Under the pieces are notes generated by a model. The model searched no databases, had not been told where the DNA came from, and was given only the letters and a program-made list of their open reading frames with translations. A DNA stretch of 64,000 bases from an uncultured Fibrobacterota bacterium (GTDB lineage Bacteria > Fibrobacterota > Chitinivibrionia > Chitinivibrionales > FEN-1185), in contig CAVSQB010000032.1 of NCBI GenBank assembly GCA_963729895.1, positions 1-64,000 on the forward strand, read 5' to 3'. Positions 26,918-37,088 of the stretch are shown here, in pieces. The first letter of the stretch is position 1, and each line of letters starts with the position of its first letter. The translations under genes were made by a program, and so were the position numbers.

Positions 26918-27913
26918 CTACCGGCCTCTGTACTTGACCACCCGACCGCACAGATCCAAAAAATCCGTCGAGTTCAGGCAGCTCTTGCAGTCATTCACCA
27001 GCCAGGAGCAAATCTCGAATCGCAGGTCGCTTGTGTCGGGGTCTACATGGTCCACGGTGGGCAGCAGGCCGCATTTTTTCTTAAAGCCCCGGTAATCATT
27101 CTTTACTTTTGAGTCATCCCATGTGCTGATAAGCCGCCAGGCCAGCGTTTGCCCGGTGTATGGGTCAAGAAGGCCGTTTGTCAGGACCGCCTGATGGATC
27201 GCATACTTGTACAGGGCCTTGCTGGAATTTAGTGCGCATGCCCTTTTGAGCCTTTTGTCGCGGCAGAAAAGATCTTCCGCTTTTTTGTCAATCCACGCCC
27301 TGTATTTTGCCGGCGTGCACAGCCCTTGCAAATAAGCGGGCGGGAAATACAGGGTGGGGCAACCGTTGGGAGAAGAGAATGCGGAATGAACGCTTGACCG
27401 GTAGGATATGATCCGTTGGCACAGGTCCACGAACTCCGACGGAGTTTGGTTGGTCTTGCACAGGTTGATTATGAAGGAGCATATCTCAAATTCCAGCGTG
27501 TCCGAATCCGGGTCTATGTGGTCGACCGACGGCATCAGATAGAACTGCTTGAGATAGCCCTTCTCTTTTCTTATCCGGGTGGGGTCGTATTTGCTTACAA
27601 GGTCCCACCGGAGCTTCTCACCGGTGAATGGATCGGTGGATCCATTTTCACACACGGCCTCGTTAATTTTCCTCTTGTAGCCGTCGGCATCGCCGGTCAG
27701 CGCGTAGGGCTTTTTGTGCGCAAGGTCCCGGACCAACAGGCTTTTCGATTTGTCGTGCAGCCAATTGCAGTAGGATGTTTGGGTTATTTGCCCTTGCAGG
27801 TATGCGGGACGGGGATATTGGGGAGCACGGCTTTTGCATTCTTTTCCGGAGGCAAGCCTCCGGGAGCGCCGGAAAGGTGAACCGGATTCTCTGCGATGCC
27901 TCGTTTTTGCCAT
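26918..27913 (-). CDS. Protein with two tandem HNH/His-Me-finger-like domains
   Basis: Two ~150-aa repeats, each with DP[FY]TG..L.W and P[ST]VDH[IV]DP..FEICS...N.CK. Confidence 0.7.
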   Translation of the reverse strand: MAKTRHRRESGSPFRRSRRLASGKECKSRAPQYPRPAYLQGQITQTSYCNWLHDKSKSLLVRDLAHKKPYALTGDADGYKRKINEAVCENGSTDPFTGEKLRWDLVSKYDPTRIRKEKGYLKQFYLMPSVDHIDPDSDTLEFEICSFIINLCKTNQTPSEFVDLCQRIISYRSSVHSAFSSPNGCPTLYFPPAYLQGLCTPAKYRAWIDKKAEDLFCRDKRLKRACALNSSKALYKYAIHQAVLTNGLLDPYTGQTLAWRLISTWDDSKVKNDYRGFKKKCGLLPTVDHVDPDTSDLRFEICSWLVNDCKSCLNSTDFLDLCGRVVKYRGR

Positions 27914-28160
27914 AATGCCTCCGATTTTTACAAGCCGTTCCCGATCTTTCTATGCAGCGTTATCAGATTTGTCGTTATCTCCAGTTGAGAATTTTGTAAC
28001 CGGGTGTTTCTGCGGTGCGCGCAACTGAAGGTACGGGCCTGCCAAGGGTACACCCACGCTGCACCGGCTCGGCAAACCAAATGCATTTGATTCGTATTTA
28101 GATTTCCCGGCATAGCCGTCCAAAAGCATTTAATTTGCATTTCCATTTAGAACCCTGACC

Positions 28161-29765
28161 CTATTTCTCCGGAATCACCAGTTCCAGAATTTTTTCCTGC
28201 ATTTCCCAATTGTTCTGCTGCACGTGGCTGTTGCAGTTGCGGAACATGATGGAAAAGGCGTACGTCTTGTTCCGGACAAAGGCATACCCCGCAATCGTGC
28301 TTACGCCGTACTCGTTGAGCGTACCGGTCTTGCCGCGCACCAGGCCCTTGAGCCTTGAATCCTTGAAGCGGGATTTGAGGGTTCCGTCGATGCCTGCCGA
28401 GGGAAGCGAGTAGACGTATTCGGGAAAGAACGATTTTCGGGTCCACACGTACCGCAGCAACTCGGTAATCTGGCGGGCGCTCATGCGGTTGCTGTTGCCC
28501 ATGCCGGACCCGTTCTTGATTTCCGGAATACCGGGCAGCTTCTTTTCTTTCCACCATGCAAGCGCGAGCGCCGCCGATTTCTCCCACGAGCCGGCCGCAG
28601 AGTCGGCCTCGGCGCTCAAGGTCTTGAACAGCATCTCGGCCATGTAGTTGTTCGAAACCTTGTTCATGGAATTGACCGCCTGGTACAGCGGCACCGAAGG
28701 AAACACATAAAACGGACCCCTCGCCTTCACCGAATCCGGGACAGTGCCGCGTTTCACTTTTCCCTTGAACCCGATCTTGTTATCCTCAAGGAGCCTTTCG
28801 AACACGTTCCCGAAATACTCCCATGTCTGCCAGACTTTTTTGTATTGTACAACGGGACTCGCGTCGAGGGGCATGCTCCCCGACACCGTCACAACGGTGT
28901 TGTCCCCGTCTTTGCGGGTGCTCGCTGCCACCGCAACCGGCTTTCCGGCCGCGGTGGTCTGCGCGGAAACAATAAGTTTTACAATGGATGTTTTGGGAAG
29001 AATGTCCGCACGCACGGGAGCTCCGACGGAGCGGCCGGGCCTGATCCAGATGCTCTCGCAATTAAAATTCGCGCTTACCGCGTCCACCGGAGCAACGTAA
29101 GGATGGCTGGAATCGTCTTCGTCAAAACCCGGCCCCACCGAGACCGAATCGAAAAATGAATCGTCGAGAACTATGTCCCCTTCAATCGACCTGAGTCCGA
29201 TGCACGCAAGGTGCTGGACAAACAGCCACATCCGCTCAATCACAAAATACGGGTCTGCGCCTCCCCGGATGTACAGATTGCCGCGGCATATCCCGGTATC
29301 GGAAGAAATCGGTTTCTCCGCGTACACCGTCGTCTTGAAGGCATAGTTCGTTCCGAGTCTTTCAAATGCCATGGCCGTGGTGAGGAGTTTGGACACCGAT
29401 GCCGGATTATACAGCGAATCCGCGTTAAAGGCCGCAACCACCGAATCCCCTTCGAGGTCCTTTACCACCACCCCCACGTTCTGAGGGGCATACCTGCCGC
29501 GTCTGAGGAGCGCTTCCAGTTTCGTGCCCGGAGTCCGCCCGGCAGGGGTCCCCATTGAATCCTGCGCCTCCGCCGACGCCGCAGCAGCAGCAAACTGCGC
29601 AACGCAGGCTCCCGTGGCGCAGAGCAGCACCGCAAGAATCAAAGCCCGCGAAAACCTTCTTTCAACCGGGCCTGCCCGCCGGAAACGGCCGTTGCCGGGG
29701 CCTTCGTATTTAGCAACGCTGCGGGGGGTCAAACAAATAATTATGCTATTTTTATTTTCTTGCAT
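28161..29765 (-). CDS. dacB: D-alanyl-D-alanine carboxypeptidase/endopeptidase PBP4 (peptidase S13)
   Basis: PASVSK (SxxK), SNN (SxN), KTGTL; start uncertain. Confidence 0.93.
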   Translation of the reverse strand: MQENKNSIIICLTPRSVAKYEGPGNGRFRRAGPVERRFSRALILAVLLCATGACVAQFAAAAASAEAQDSMGTPAGRTPGTKLEALLRRGRYAPQNVGVVVKDLEGDSVVAAFNADSLYNPASVSKLLTTAMAFERLGTNYAFKTTVYAEKPISSDTGICRGNLYIRGGADPYFVIERMWLFVQHLACIGLRSIEGDIVLDDSFFDSVSVGPGFDEDDSSHPYVAPVDAVSANFNCESIWIRPGRSVGAPVRADILPKTSIVKLIVSAQTTAAGKPVAVAASTRKDGDNTVVTVSGSMPLDASPVVQYKKVWQTWEYFGNVFERLLEDNKIGFKGKVKRGTVPDSVKARGPFYVFPSVPLYQAVNSMNKVSNNYMAEMLFKTLSAEADSAAGSWEKSAALALAWWKEKKLPGIPEIKNGSGMGNSNRMSARQITELLRYVWTRKSFFPEYVYSLPSAGIDGTLKSRFKDSRLKGLVRGKTGTLNEYGVSTIAGYAFVRNKTYAFSIMFRNCNSHVQQNNWEMQEKILELVIPEK

Positions 29766-29847
29766 GGTTTCACAACCTATTTTTAGAAGAAGTTATTTGA
29801 GCCACCGTGAGTCATACTCTTCGAAAGGTCTGGAGGTCAGCATCAGT

Positions 29848-30063
29848 ATGCCGAAATTTTCAATTGCGTTCATTGTGCCGGCCAAGTCAAGTGCAATCAG
29901 GCACCGCATCATCGAAAGTCAGGACCAGGATTCCGCACTAAAGTCGTTTTTCTCCGAAGAGGCGTCCGAGTTCTATTCGGACGACGATCAGGGGTTTTTC
30001 TATTTCAAGGAAGACTTTTTCGACGAAACAAATACGTCGGGAAGTGTCATCCGGCTCGATTAG
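29848..30063 (+). CDS. Small acidic hypothetical protein
   Basis: GGAGG RBS before ATG 29848; 71 aa. Confidence 0.65.
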   Translation: MPKFSIAFIVPAKSSAIRHRIIESQDQDSALKSFFSEEASEFYSDDDQGFFYFKEDFFDETNTSGSVIRLD

Positions 30064-30093
30064 TCCGCGCCGCGGCGAAGCCCCGCGTGCGCG

Positions 30094-30579
30094 CTACCTG
30101 CTTTTCTCCCGTGTGTGCTGCGTATCGCTCTTTGCAGCCAACTCCTTGACCTCGGTGATGAACTCGCCCTTGTCCTTGAACTTCCTATAAACTGAAGCGA
30201 ACCGGACATAGGCGACGTCGTCCATCTGGTACAGCTCGGTCATCACCAGGCCGCCGATCTCCTTGCTCGGGATCTCGGTTTTCGACAGCTTCTGGATCTG
30301 GTTCTCTATTCTGTCAACGACAGCCTCGATCTTGTCCATGCTGATGGGCCGCTTTTTACATGCCGACAGCAGGCCGTTCATCAGCTTCTGGCGGTCGTAC
30401 GGCTCCCTCCGCTGGTCGTTCTTGATGATGGTGAGCGGAACGGTTTCGATGTATTCGTATGTTGTAAACCTCTTTTCACACTTCAGGCATTCCCTGCGGC
30501 GCCGCACCGCCTGTCCCTCCTTACTCGAACGGGAATCGACCACTTTGTCTTCTTCATGTCCGCAGTAGGGGCACTTCAT
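30094..30579 (-). CDS. nrdR: Transcriptional repressor NrdR
   Basis: MKCPYC..KVVDSR..RRRRECLKC..RFTTYE, ATP cone, AYVRFASVYR. Confidence 0.97.
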   Translation of the reverse strand: MKCPYCGHEEDKVVDSRSSKEGQAVRRRRECLKCEKRFTTYEYIETVPLTIIKNDQRREPYDRQKLMNGLLSACKKRPISMDKIEAVVDRIENQIQKLSKTEIPSKEIGGLVMTELYQMDDVAYVRFASVYRKFKDKGEFITEVKELAAKSDTQHTREKSR

Positions 30580-30662
30580 CGCCGGGCTCCTTGCGTTGGT
30601 GGTGTTGTTTTACCGATAAAATTGCGATCGGGCTGCCTTATAGTATTAGTTTGACATTTCCG

Positions 30663-30678
30663 CTACAATATATGGTAG
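30663..30678. promoter_or_regulatory. Putative NrdR box upstream of nrdR
   Basis: CTACAATATATGGTAG, near-palindrome resembling consensus acaCwAtATaTwGtgt. Confidence 0.5.
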
Positions 30679-30968
30679 TAGTAAAATACATCTGTTGCCG
30701 TGCAGTTTCCAACCGTAAAAGAAGTCCTTACACGAAGGCCCGTGGCTTGTCGCAGCACCAAAACCACGAAAAGAAAAATGGGGATTGGTCTTTTTGCGGT
30801 CGAGGGAGAAATCGATCAATCACCGCATTGGCAGGAGCGCTTTAACGCACGAGCCACGTAACACTCCGGCGCTTCACCCTGTCAAATTCTAGAGTCAGGC
30901 GCCGGTGGGCCGTTGTTGATAGTCCAAAGCCGGACATATATCTCTTCACATTTAGCACGGGAGGTTGC

Positions 30969-31394
30969 ATGCGTTGCTTGCCTGTTTTTGCGTCACTTCT
31001 GCTCGCGGGTTCGCTCTCACTCGCCCTTGCCCAACAGGGCCAGGGGGGACAGGGTGGCGAAGGAACTCATCATCAGATGATGTCGGTGGAGGACCGTGTA
31101 AATCAGTTGAAGACACAACTTTGCCTTTCGGCGGACCAGGTGACAAAAATCACTGCAATCATGCAGACTCAGCGCGACACGATGCAGGCGCTTCGCGAAA
31201 AGTACGGCGACGACCGACAAAGCATGCGGCAGGCGATGAGCGGACTTCGTGCAAACGCCGACAAGGCGATTTCTGCGGTGCTCACCGACATCCAACGGAA
31301 GAAGTATGAGGCCATGATCGCTCAGCGGCAGAAAGAAAGGGGCGACCGGGGACAAGGCGGTCAGGGCAAGCCCGCGGGAGGAAGCGATAAGTAG
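30969..31394 (+). CDS. Spy/CpxP-like secreted helical protein
   Basis: Signal peptide; LSADQ and VLTDIQ motifs. Confidence 0.7.
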   Translation: MRCLPVFASLLLAGSLSLALAQQGQGGQGGEGTHHQMMSVEDRVNQLKTQLCLSADQVTKITAIMQTQRDTMQALREKYGDDRQSMRQAMSGLRANADKAISAVLTDIQRKKYEAMIAQRQKERGDRGQGGQGKPAGGSDK

Positions 31395-31646
31395 CAGTAA
31401 GACGCGACCTTTACATAACGGAAGTTTTTGTGGTGACAGGCAGGTGATTTGGAATCTGGTTCGCCTGCCTGTTTCTGTATAAAGAGCCGCAAGACCGGTA
31501 TGCCCGGATTTGACACTTGTGAACGGAAACACCTATATTTTTTCTTCTTGATGCCTCTCGATCCTTCCGTTCGAACGAAACACACCGCAGCATCGTTATT
31601 GCACGGAATCGGCCGGACAACTCGCGTATCGCACGGGATTTGCAGC

Positions 31647-32786
31647 ATGGTGAGAAATCAGACGATCAACAACGCCCTTTCCCTCCTGCTGTTCTGTACT
31701 GTCAACGTACTGTTCGCGGTCAAGTATACCTCACGAATCGACGCCGGCTACGCCCTTGTTCTCTGCGGGGCGTATGTCTGTTTCTGCGTCGCCTTGATCC
31801 TGTGCACCGTCCGGCTCCCGGAAGACCTTTTCCGGAGGCGGTATGCCCTCTTGATTGCCGGGGCGTTCGTTTTGTTTTTTCTCGCAGCATTGTGGTTCAT
31901 AAAAGTCGACACGATCATGAACGACCGCTGGAGCGTGATACAGGCTTTTTTCGACGACCTGCTTCAGGGAAAGTATCCCTACCTGGCAAAATCGAACCAG
32001 GACAACCCGCCCGGTCCACTCCCGTTCTACTTCGTGCTCACCTTTCCGTTCTACGTAATCAATGAGATCGGGCTCTCGACCATCACCGTATTCATTGCAT
32101 ACTTCCTTCTTTTGAACAAACAATCCGCCGAAAACAGGACCCTTCTTTTCCAGACCGTGCTGCTCGTGACGTCTCCGGCCCTTGTGTACGAGATAGTCGT
32201 TCGCAGCACGATTTTCTTCAACATGGGGCTTATTGTCTTGTATGTGTACTGGCTGGAAAAACGGGTGCTGTCCGGAGAGCGCAAACGTGTGGTGTTGCCG
32301 GGGCTCATCGGCGGGTTCCTGCTGTCGACCCGGGCCATTGCGGCCATTCCTGTCGTCTGCTACCTGTCGTACAGCCTGCTGCGGCGCAAAGACGTGTCCA
32401 CGTACGTAAAGATCGTCGTAGCGATGGCCGCGGGGTTCTGTTTGACATTTGCGCCACTTGTGTGCTGGGGATGGCGGTCTCTTCTACAGAACAATCCGCT
32501 ATTGCTTCAATCCAGCTTTTCACCGCTGCCCGTTACCGTTGCGTTTGTGGCGATCTCGTTTGCCGGCGGCCTGTTTCTGAAAAGTTTTGACGGGTACATG
32601 CGTTTCTGCGGCATCATGCTGTTCCTGATAGTCGCGATTTCCACGGCGTGCTATGCGGCGTCCGTCGGCTGGAGACGGGGATTCTACGATTCCAAGTTCG
32701 ACATTTCCTATTTCACCTTTTGCGTTCCGTTTCTCATTGCGTCGTTTAAGGGTTTCTCCGGCCGGCGCGCGGCACCGGGATCGTAG
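31647..32786 (+). CDS. Polytopic membrane protein, GT-C glycosyltransferase-like
   Basis: Many TM helices; DRWSVI..F...LLQGKYPY..P.PLPF loop. Confidence 0.65.
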   Translation: MVRNQTINNALSLLLFCTVNVLFAVKYTSRIDAGYALVLCGAYVCFCVALILCTVRLPEDLFRRRYALLIAGAFVLFFLAALWFIKVDTIMNDRWSVIQAFFDDLLQGKYPYLAKSNQDNPPGPLPFYFVLTFPFYVINEIGLSTITVFIAYFLLLNKQSAENRTLLFQTVLLVTSPALVYEIVVRSTIFFNMGLIVLYVYWLEKRVLSGERKRVVLPGLIGGFLLSTRAIAAIPVVCYLSYSLLRRKDVSTYVKIVVAMAAGFCLTFAPLVCWGWRSLLQNNPLLLQSSFSPLPVTVAFVAISFAGGLFLKSFDGYMRFCGIMLFLIVAISTACYAASVGWRRGFYDSKFDISYFTFCVPFLIASFKGFSGRRAAPGS

Positions 32787-32856
32787 CGGGGTTTTGACAA
32801 GCACGCCCCTGCTCCGCACTGCGGTTGCGCACATCTTCACTCCCGACAGGGCAAGA

Positions 32857-33705
32857 CTATTTCCTGAAGACGAACAGGGGATACGCCCCGACAGCGCCAA
32901 GCAGCCCGGGGAAAAGATCCTCCATCTTGTAAACGATCCTGAGGAACTCCCTTCCAAACAACCACCGGTGAACATACGATTTCATGAACGGAACGCTCAG
33001 GCTTCGCCAGACAACGGTATCAAACGGCGTTTCCCGGCCAAGGTGCTTTTTGAGATAGTTCCGCGAATGCGGATGAAAATAGAGCTGCGGTCCGCCCGTG
33101 ACCGGAGGCGCGGATCGTAGCGGGCCCCCGGCCAGGAGCTTCAAAATTCTTTTGCCGATTTTGAGCGGCAGGAACGGCGCCAGCGCGATTGCCATAAGCG
33201 GGCTGCGGTTTCCCCATGTGTAAACGACAACCGCGGTGCGGCCTTTTCCAAGAACCCGAACGATTTCAGCGAAAGCCTGAATTTGCATCGTCTTCTCGAC
33301 ATGATACATCGTATGAAGTGAAACAACGCCGTCCACGGATTCGCTCCTGAAAGGCAAATTGGTGATGTCGCTCTGAACGCAACAGCACGCGTCGCCAAGG
33401 CATTTTCGCGCTTCGATAAGCGCCGTGAAGCTGATGTCGGCGCAGATTCTCCGGGCGTAACCTTCCGAATAGGAAACATGTTCCGGAAATTGAATGGGCC
33501 CGGACGCAACATCGAGTATAAACCTTCCCCCCTTGGTGAGAAACCTGTTGACGCGGAGAAGACACTTGCTGCGGTATTCAGCCGATACGGGACGAAGGTC
33601 CTCGAATTGTGCGGCATCGGAAAACCTGCCGTCCGAACCTCTTTTCCACCCTGTACCGTCATAAAACTCACTAACCGTTTGAGCAACGGAGGCATTCGCA
33701 CTCAT
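32857..33705 (-). CDS. Class I SAM-dependent methyltransferase
   Basis: ILDVASG, ADIS, DITNLPF..ESVDGVVS, EIVRVL. Confidence 0.88.
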   Translation of the reverse strand: MSANASVAQTVSEFYDGTGWKRGSDGRFSDAAQFEDLRPVSAEYRSKCLLRVNRFLTKGGRFILDVASGPIQFPEHVSYSEGYARRICADISFTALIEARKCLGDACCCVQSDITNLPFRSESVDGVVSLHTMYHVEKTMQIQAFAEIVRVLGKGRTAVVVYTWGNRSPLMAIALAPFLPLKIGKRILKLLAGGPLRSAPPVTGGPQLYFHPHSRNYLKKHLGRETPFDTVVWRSLSVPFMKSYVHRWLFGREFLRIVYKMEDLFPGLLGAVGAYPLFVFRK

Positions 33706-33792
33706 GTCTTAATTTTCCTCTGCAGAATGTTCGTCGAATTCGATGCTTGAAAAATGGTTTCCGAATGTATGCTTCAGGAGGAGTTTTGTGAG

Positions 33793-33865
<73 letters not shown>

Positions 33866-34520
33866 GGCACGGATTCACTAGAGGGTATCTAAAAATAGTT
33901 TGTTACAATTATCCGGGGGAGAATTTCTGGGAGGCACATACGATGAATGAGGATTGCCAAACGAGTGCAGTAGTAGCAACATAAGAATCCGGGCGCCCCG
34001 CCCGCTAACTATGATTCTGGTTTGCTGAGCCGGTGCGGCAAAATCAAGATAATATTTTTGTGTGCTGAGCGTGTGCGGCGAGGTACGTTCAGTGGCGAGA
34101 CCGAAACGCCTGCTGCGCGCACACTAGAAGCACCCGGTTAACAAGATCCAAGACCAAATACAGTGCCCCTGTTCTTCCGGCCGCAGCTGCGCCACTGAGG
34201 GAAAAACTTAAAATTCCTTTGCGTTTTTGTTTCTTGCGTTAGGCACGACCGTAAGGTGCTCTGGAGAGCAGTGCCGGTCGGCCCCGCCGAAGGCACAGGG
34301 GCGATCCGGCACCGAGGCTGAAAAGCCGAGCCCGGAGGGAGGGCCGACCCGAGCGTGGCGAGGGGAACGCCCACTTCTTGCTCTTGATTTCTGGGTGCCC
34401 CACAGCAGGTGATTGGATTCTCGCCCAAACTCCCACTTTGGGGTCACCCGGCACAGCAATCCAAAGGCATTTATTTATTATCATTTCCGACTCAGCGATC
34501 CAATAGCACGTACTCTTCTC

Positions 34521-35612
34521 TTACGGCACAATCTCCGCCTGCGGATTCTTGATGCCGGCTGCCTTTGCCTGCTCTTTTATCTTCCCCGCCTCGGCATAGA
34601 ACTTGCCAAGCCGCTTCTTTATGTCGTCGTCAAGATTGTAATATCCCATTCTGTTGCATTCGGCAACGCTTTCCGTATTCCGTTTCATCTTCAGGTAAAT
34701 CTTGGCAAGCCAGAAGTGGCACAGCACCGCATTGTAGTGGTTGTCGAACGGCTCAGCCTCAACGCGCTCCAGGATGTACCGGTAGACGTTCTCCGCTTCG
34801 TCGTACCGGCCGTCGCCGAACAGCGCCGCTGCCTTTCCCCAGGAGAATTTGAGCGACGCCGGGTATTTCTGGAGCATTTCGTCCGCAATTGTCAGCGCGT
34901 CCTTGTATCGCGCTTCGTTGCAGAAGATGGCGATAAGGTCCACGCTCGCGGAAATGCTCGTGTACACGCCGTTCCTCTTCGCGTCAAATAACTCGTCTAT
35001 CCCCTGCTGGCATTTGTTGTCGATCCCCGGCATCCACCACAGGATTTTCGTGAGCGAGCTGCGCCAGTAATCGTATATGCCGAGGCCGTAGTTGACGTCC
35101 TTGATTTTGGGGTTCCTCTTGTGCAGAGACTGCAGGGCGGACACACCTCTCCAGCCGTGCCGGAACGCGGTGATCCATTTTTCGTAGCGGGATTCGTAGG
35201 TGCCCTTGATGCCGTCGGCGCCGCCCAGAAAGAACAGCGCCCAGTCTTTGTCCGGCCCGCCGCCGCCCAGCAGCTTTTCCGCTTTTCCTATGGCCAGATC
35301 GCAGTACCTGTAGAATTCCTCCTCACGCTTGTCCGACTCGTAGAAGCTCATCCACGATTCCAGCGCCGCAGCGCAAAAGAAATATCCGGCCGGGTGTTCG
35401 GGATATTTCTTTATGATTTTTTTTGCCTCATCTTCGGCGGATAGAAATTTCTCTTTGTACACAAGATCGATGCTGGCCATAATCATGTCGTGCATGTCCG
35501 GAGAGAGCGACGGGCCCGCGCCGCAGCACGCCGACAGCGCGGCCACCAGCAGGGCCGCAGATACGACGCACCGGTCAGCGTGATGCACTATCTGAAAAGA
35601 ACCTGTACGCAT
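34521..35612 (-). CDS. TPR-repeat exported protein
   Basis: TPR-like helices; true start probably ~30-60 bp downstream of 35612. Confidence 0.8.
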   Translation of the reverse strand: MRTGSFQIVHHADRCVVSAALLVAALSACCGAGPSLSPDMHDMIMASIDLVYKEKFLSAEDEAKKIIKKYPEHPAGYFFCAAALESWMSFYESDKREEEFYRYCDLAIGKAEKLLGGGGPDKDWALFFLGGADGIKGTYESRYEKWITAFRHGWRGVSALQSLHKRNPKIKDVNYGLGIYDYWRSSLTKILWWMPGIDNKCQQGIDELFDAKRNGVYTSISASVDLIAIFCNEARYKDALTIADEMLQKYPASLKFSWGKAAALFGDGRYDEAENVYRYILERVEAEPFDNHYNAVLCHFWLAKIYLKMKRNTESVAECNRMGYYNLDDDIKKRLGKFYAEAGKIKEQAKAAGIKNPQAEIVP

Positions 35613-35952
35613 TGTCGTATCGTTCCCATTTTCTCGCGCTTGTGAGATACCGGTACTTGACGGTCCGCTTTATCTGAACGCCGCGCAGGTAATAGAAATC
35701 GACCACCGCGCGCACGCTGTAAAGGCTTTTCTTGTAGGTCGAATAGTCGACAATCCGGCTGTACACGGAATCGCTCAGGCTCGTTGCGGGCATCTCGCCC
35801 ACGATCGCTTTCAAATCGGCGGCCACAACCACCTCGAGTTTCTTCCGGACAAGACCGTCCGGCTCTCCGCCGCGACAGCCGGCGCAGAGCATCGCTGCCG
35901 CAACCGTGCATGCAAGCAGCAGTTGTCCGGACGTTGCTTTCGTTGTCGTCAT
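35575..35952 (-). CDS. Hypothetical lipoprotein
   Basis: Lipobox CAGC; operonic position. Confidence 0.75.
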   Translation of the reverse strand: MTTTKATSGQLLLACTVAAAMLCAGCRGGEPDGLVRKKLEVVVAADLKAIVGEMPATSLSDSVYSRIVDYSTYKKSLYSVRAVVDFYYLRGVQIKRTVKYRYLTSARKWERYDNAYRFFSDSASR

Positions 35953-35968
35953 GAAAAGGAAACCTTTG

Positions 35969-37081
35969 TCAGGAAACGAACACGTTGCTGTTTGTCTGGG
36001 GATCGAACAGATGGACTCTCCTGCCGTCCAGGAACACCTCGACCATCTCCTGGGGTTCGATCTCGATATCGCGCGTGATCAGGAAGCGGAGAGCGGCGCC
36101 GTTTTCCCCGCGCGACACCACGAGGCTCCGGTCGCCGAGCGTTTCGACGAGCTCCACCGAAACGCGGAGCGTGGTATCGGAATACCGCTTGGATTCGTGG
36201 TGTTCCGCGTAGGCGATGTTCTGCGGCCGGATGCCTACCGTCACCTTTCTTCCGGTCATCTGTTGGGCGCGGCCGAACCGGTCTTTGTCGAGCTTGACAA
36301 ACCCGAGTACCGTATCGACGCCGGCGTCCTCTCCGCGGACCTCGATTGTCCCGTCGATAAAATTCATTGCCGGGCTGCCGATGAACGACGCGGCAAACCG
36401 CGTTGCCGGCGCATCGTACACCGCGCGGGGAGTGTCGAACTGCTCAAGCCTGCCCGCGTTGAGGATCGCGATGCGTTCACTCATCGTCATGGCCTCGACT
36501 TGATTGTGCGTGACATACAGGATGGTTGTGCCCACCTGGTGATGGATTCTCTTGAGCTCCTCCATCGCCGTTTCGCGCAGCGCCGCGTCGAGGTTGCTGA
36601 GCGGTTCGTCAAGCAGCAGCACCTCGGGGTCGAGCACGAGCGCCCGGGCGAGCGCGACGCGCTGACGCTGGCCGCCCGACAGGTGCCTGGGCATCCGGTC
36701 CTCGAGGCCGGCAAGCCGCAACAGATCGAGGGCCCATGCCAGTTTCCGCGAAATCGTTTCGGCGGGGGTCTTGTTGATGGTAAGCCCGAACCGGATGTTC
36801 TGCGCCACGGTCATGTGCGGAAAAAGCGCGTAACTCTGAAACACCATGGCGAGCTTGCGGTGCTGGGAGGGAATATCGTTGTATCGCCTGCCGCCGACGA
36901 TCAGGTCTCCCTTGTCAATTACTTCGAGCCCGGCGATCATCCGCAGCAGCGTGGTTTTCCCGCACCCGGACGGCCCGAGCAGGGTCACGAATTCGCCGTT
37001 CTTTATATCAAGGCTCAACGAATCGATGACCTGGTTTGAACCCAGTCGCTTTGAGATAGCCTTGAGCAGCACTTCGGCCAT
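35969..37081 (-). CDS. Carbohydrate ABC transporter ATP-binding protein (MalK/UgpC family)
   Basis: GPSGCGKTT, LSGGQRQR, LLDEPLSNLD, TOBE tail. Confidence 0.95.
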   Translation of the reverse strand: MAEVLLKAISKRLGSNQVIDSLSLDIKNGEFVTLLGPSGCGKTTLLRMIAGLEVIDKGDLIVGGRRYNDIPSQHRKLAMVFQSYALFPHMTVAQNIRFGLTINKTPAETISRKLAWALDLLRLAGLEDRMPRHLSGGQRQRVALARALVLDPEVLLLDEPLSNLDAALRETAMEELKRIHHQVGTTILYVTHNQVEAMTMSERIAILNAGRLEQFDTPRAVYDAPATRFAASFIGSPAMNFIDGTIEVRGEDAGVDTVLGFVKLDKDRFGRAQQMTGRKVTVGIRPQNIAYAEHHESKRYSDTTLRVSVELVETLGDRSLVVSRGENGAALRFLITRDIEIEPQEMVEVFLDGRRVHLFDPQTNSNVFVS

Positions 37082-37088
37082 GGTGTTC

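Noticed and set aside
33980..34145. RNase P, 6S or SRP RNA
   Set aside because: Only a superficial resemblance; lacks GAGGAAAGUCC and the SRP loop motif, and the length does not fit RNase P
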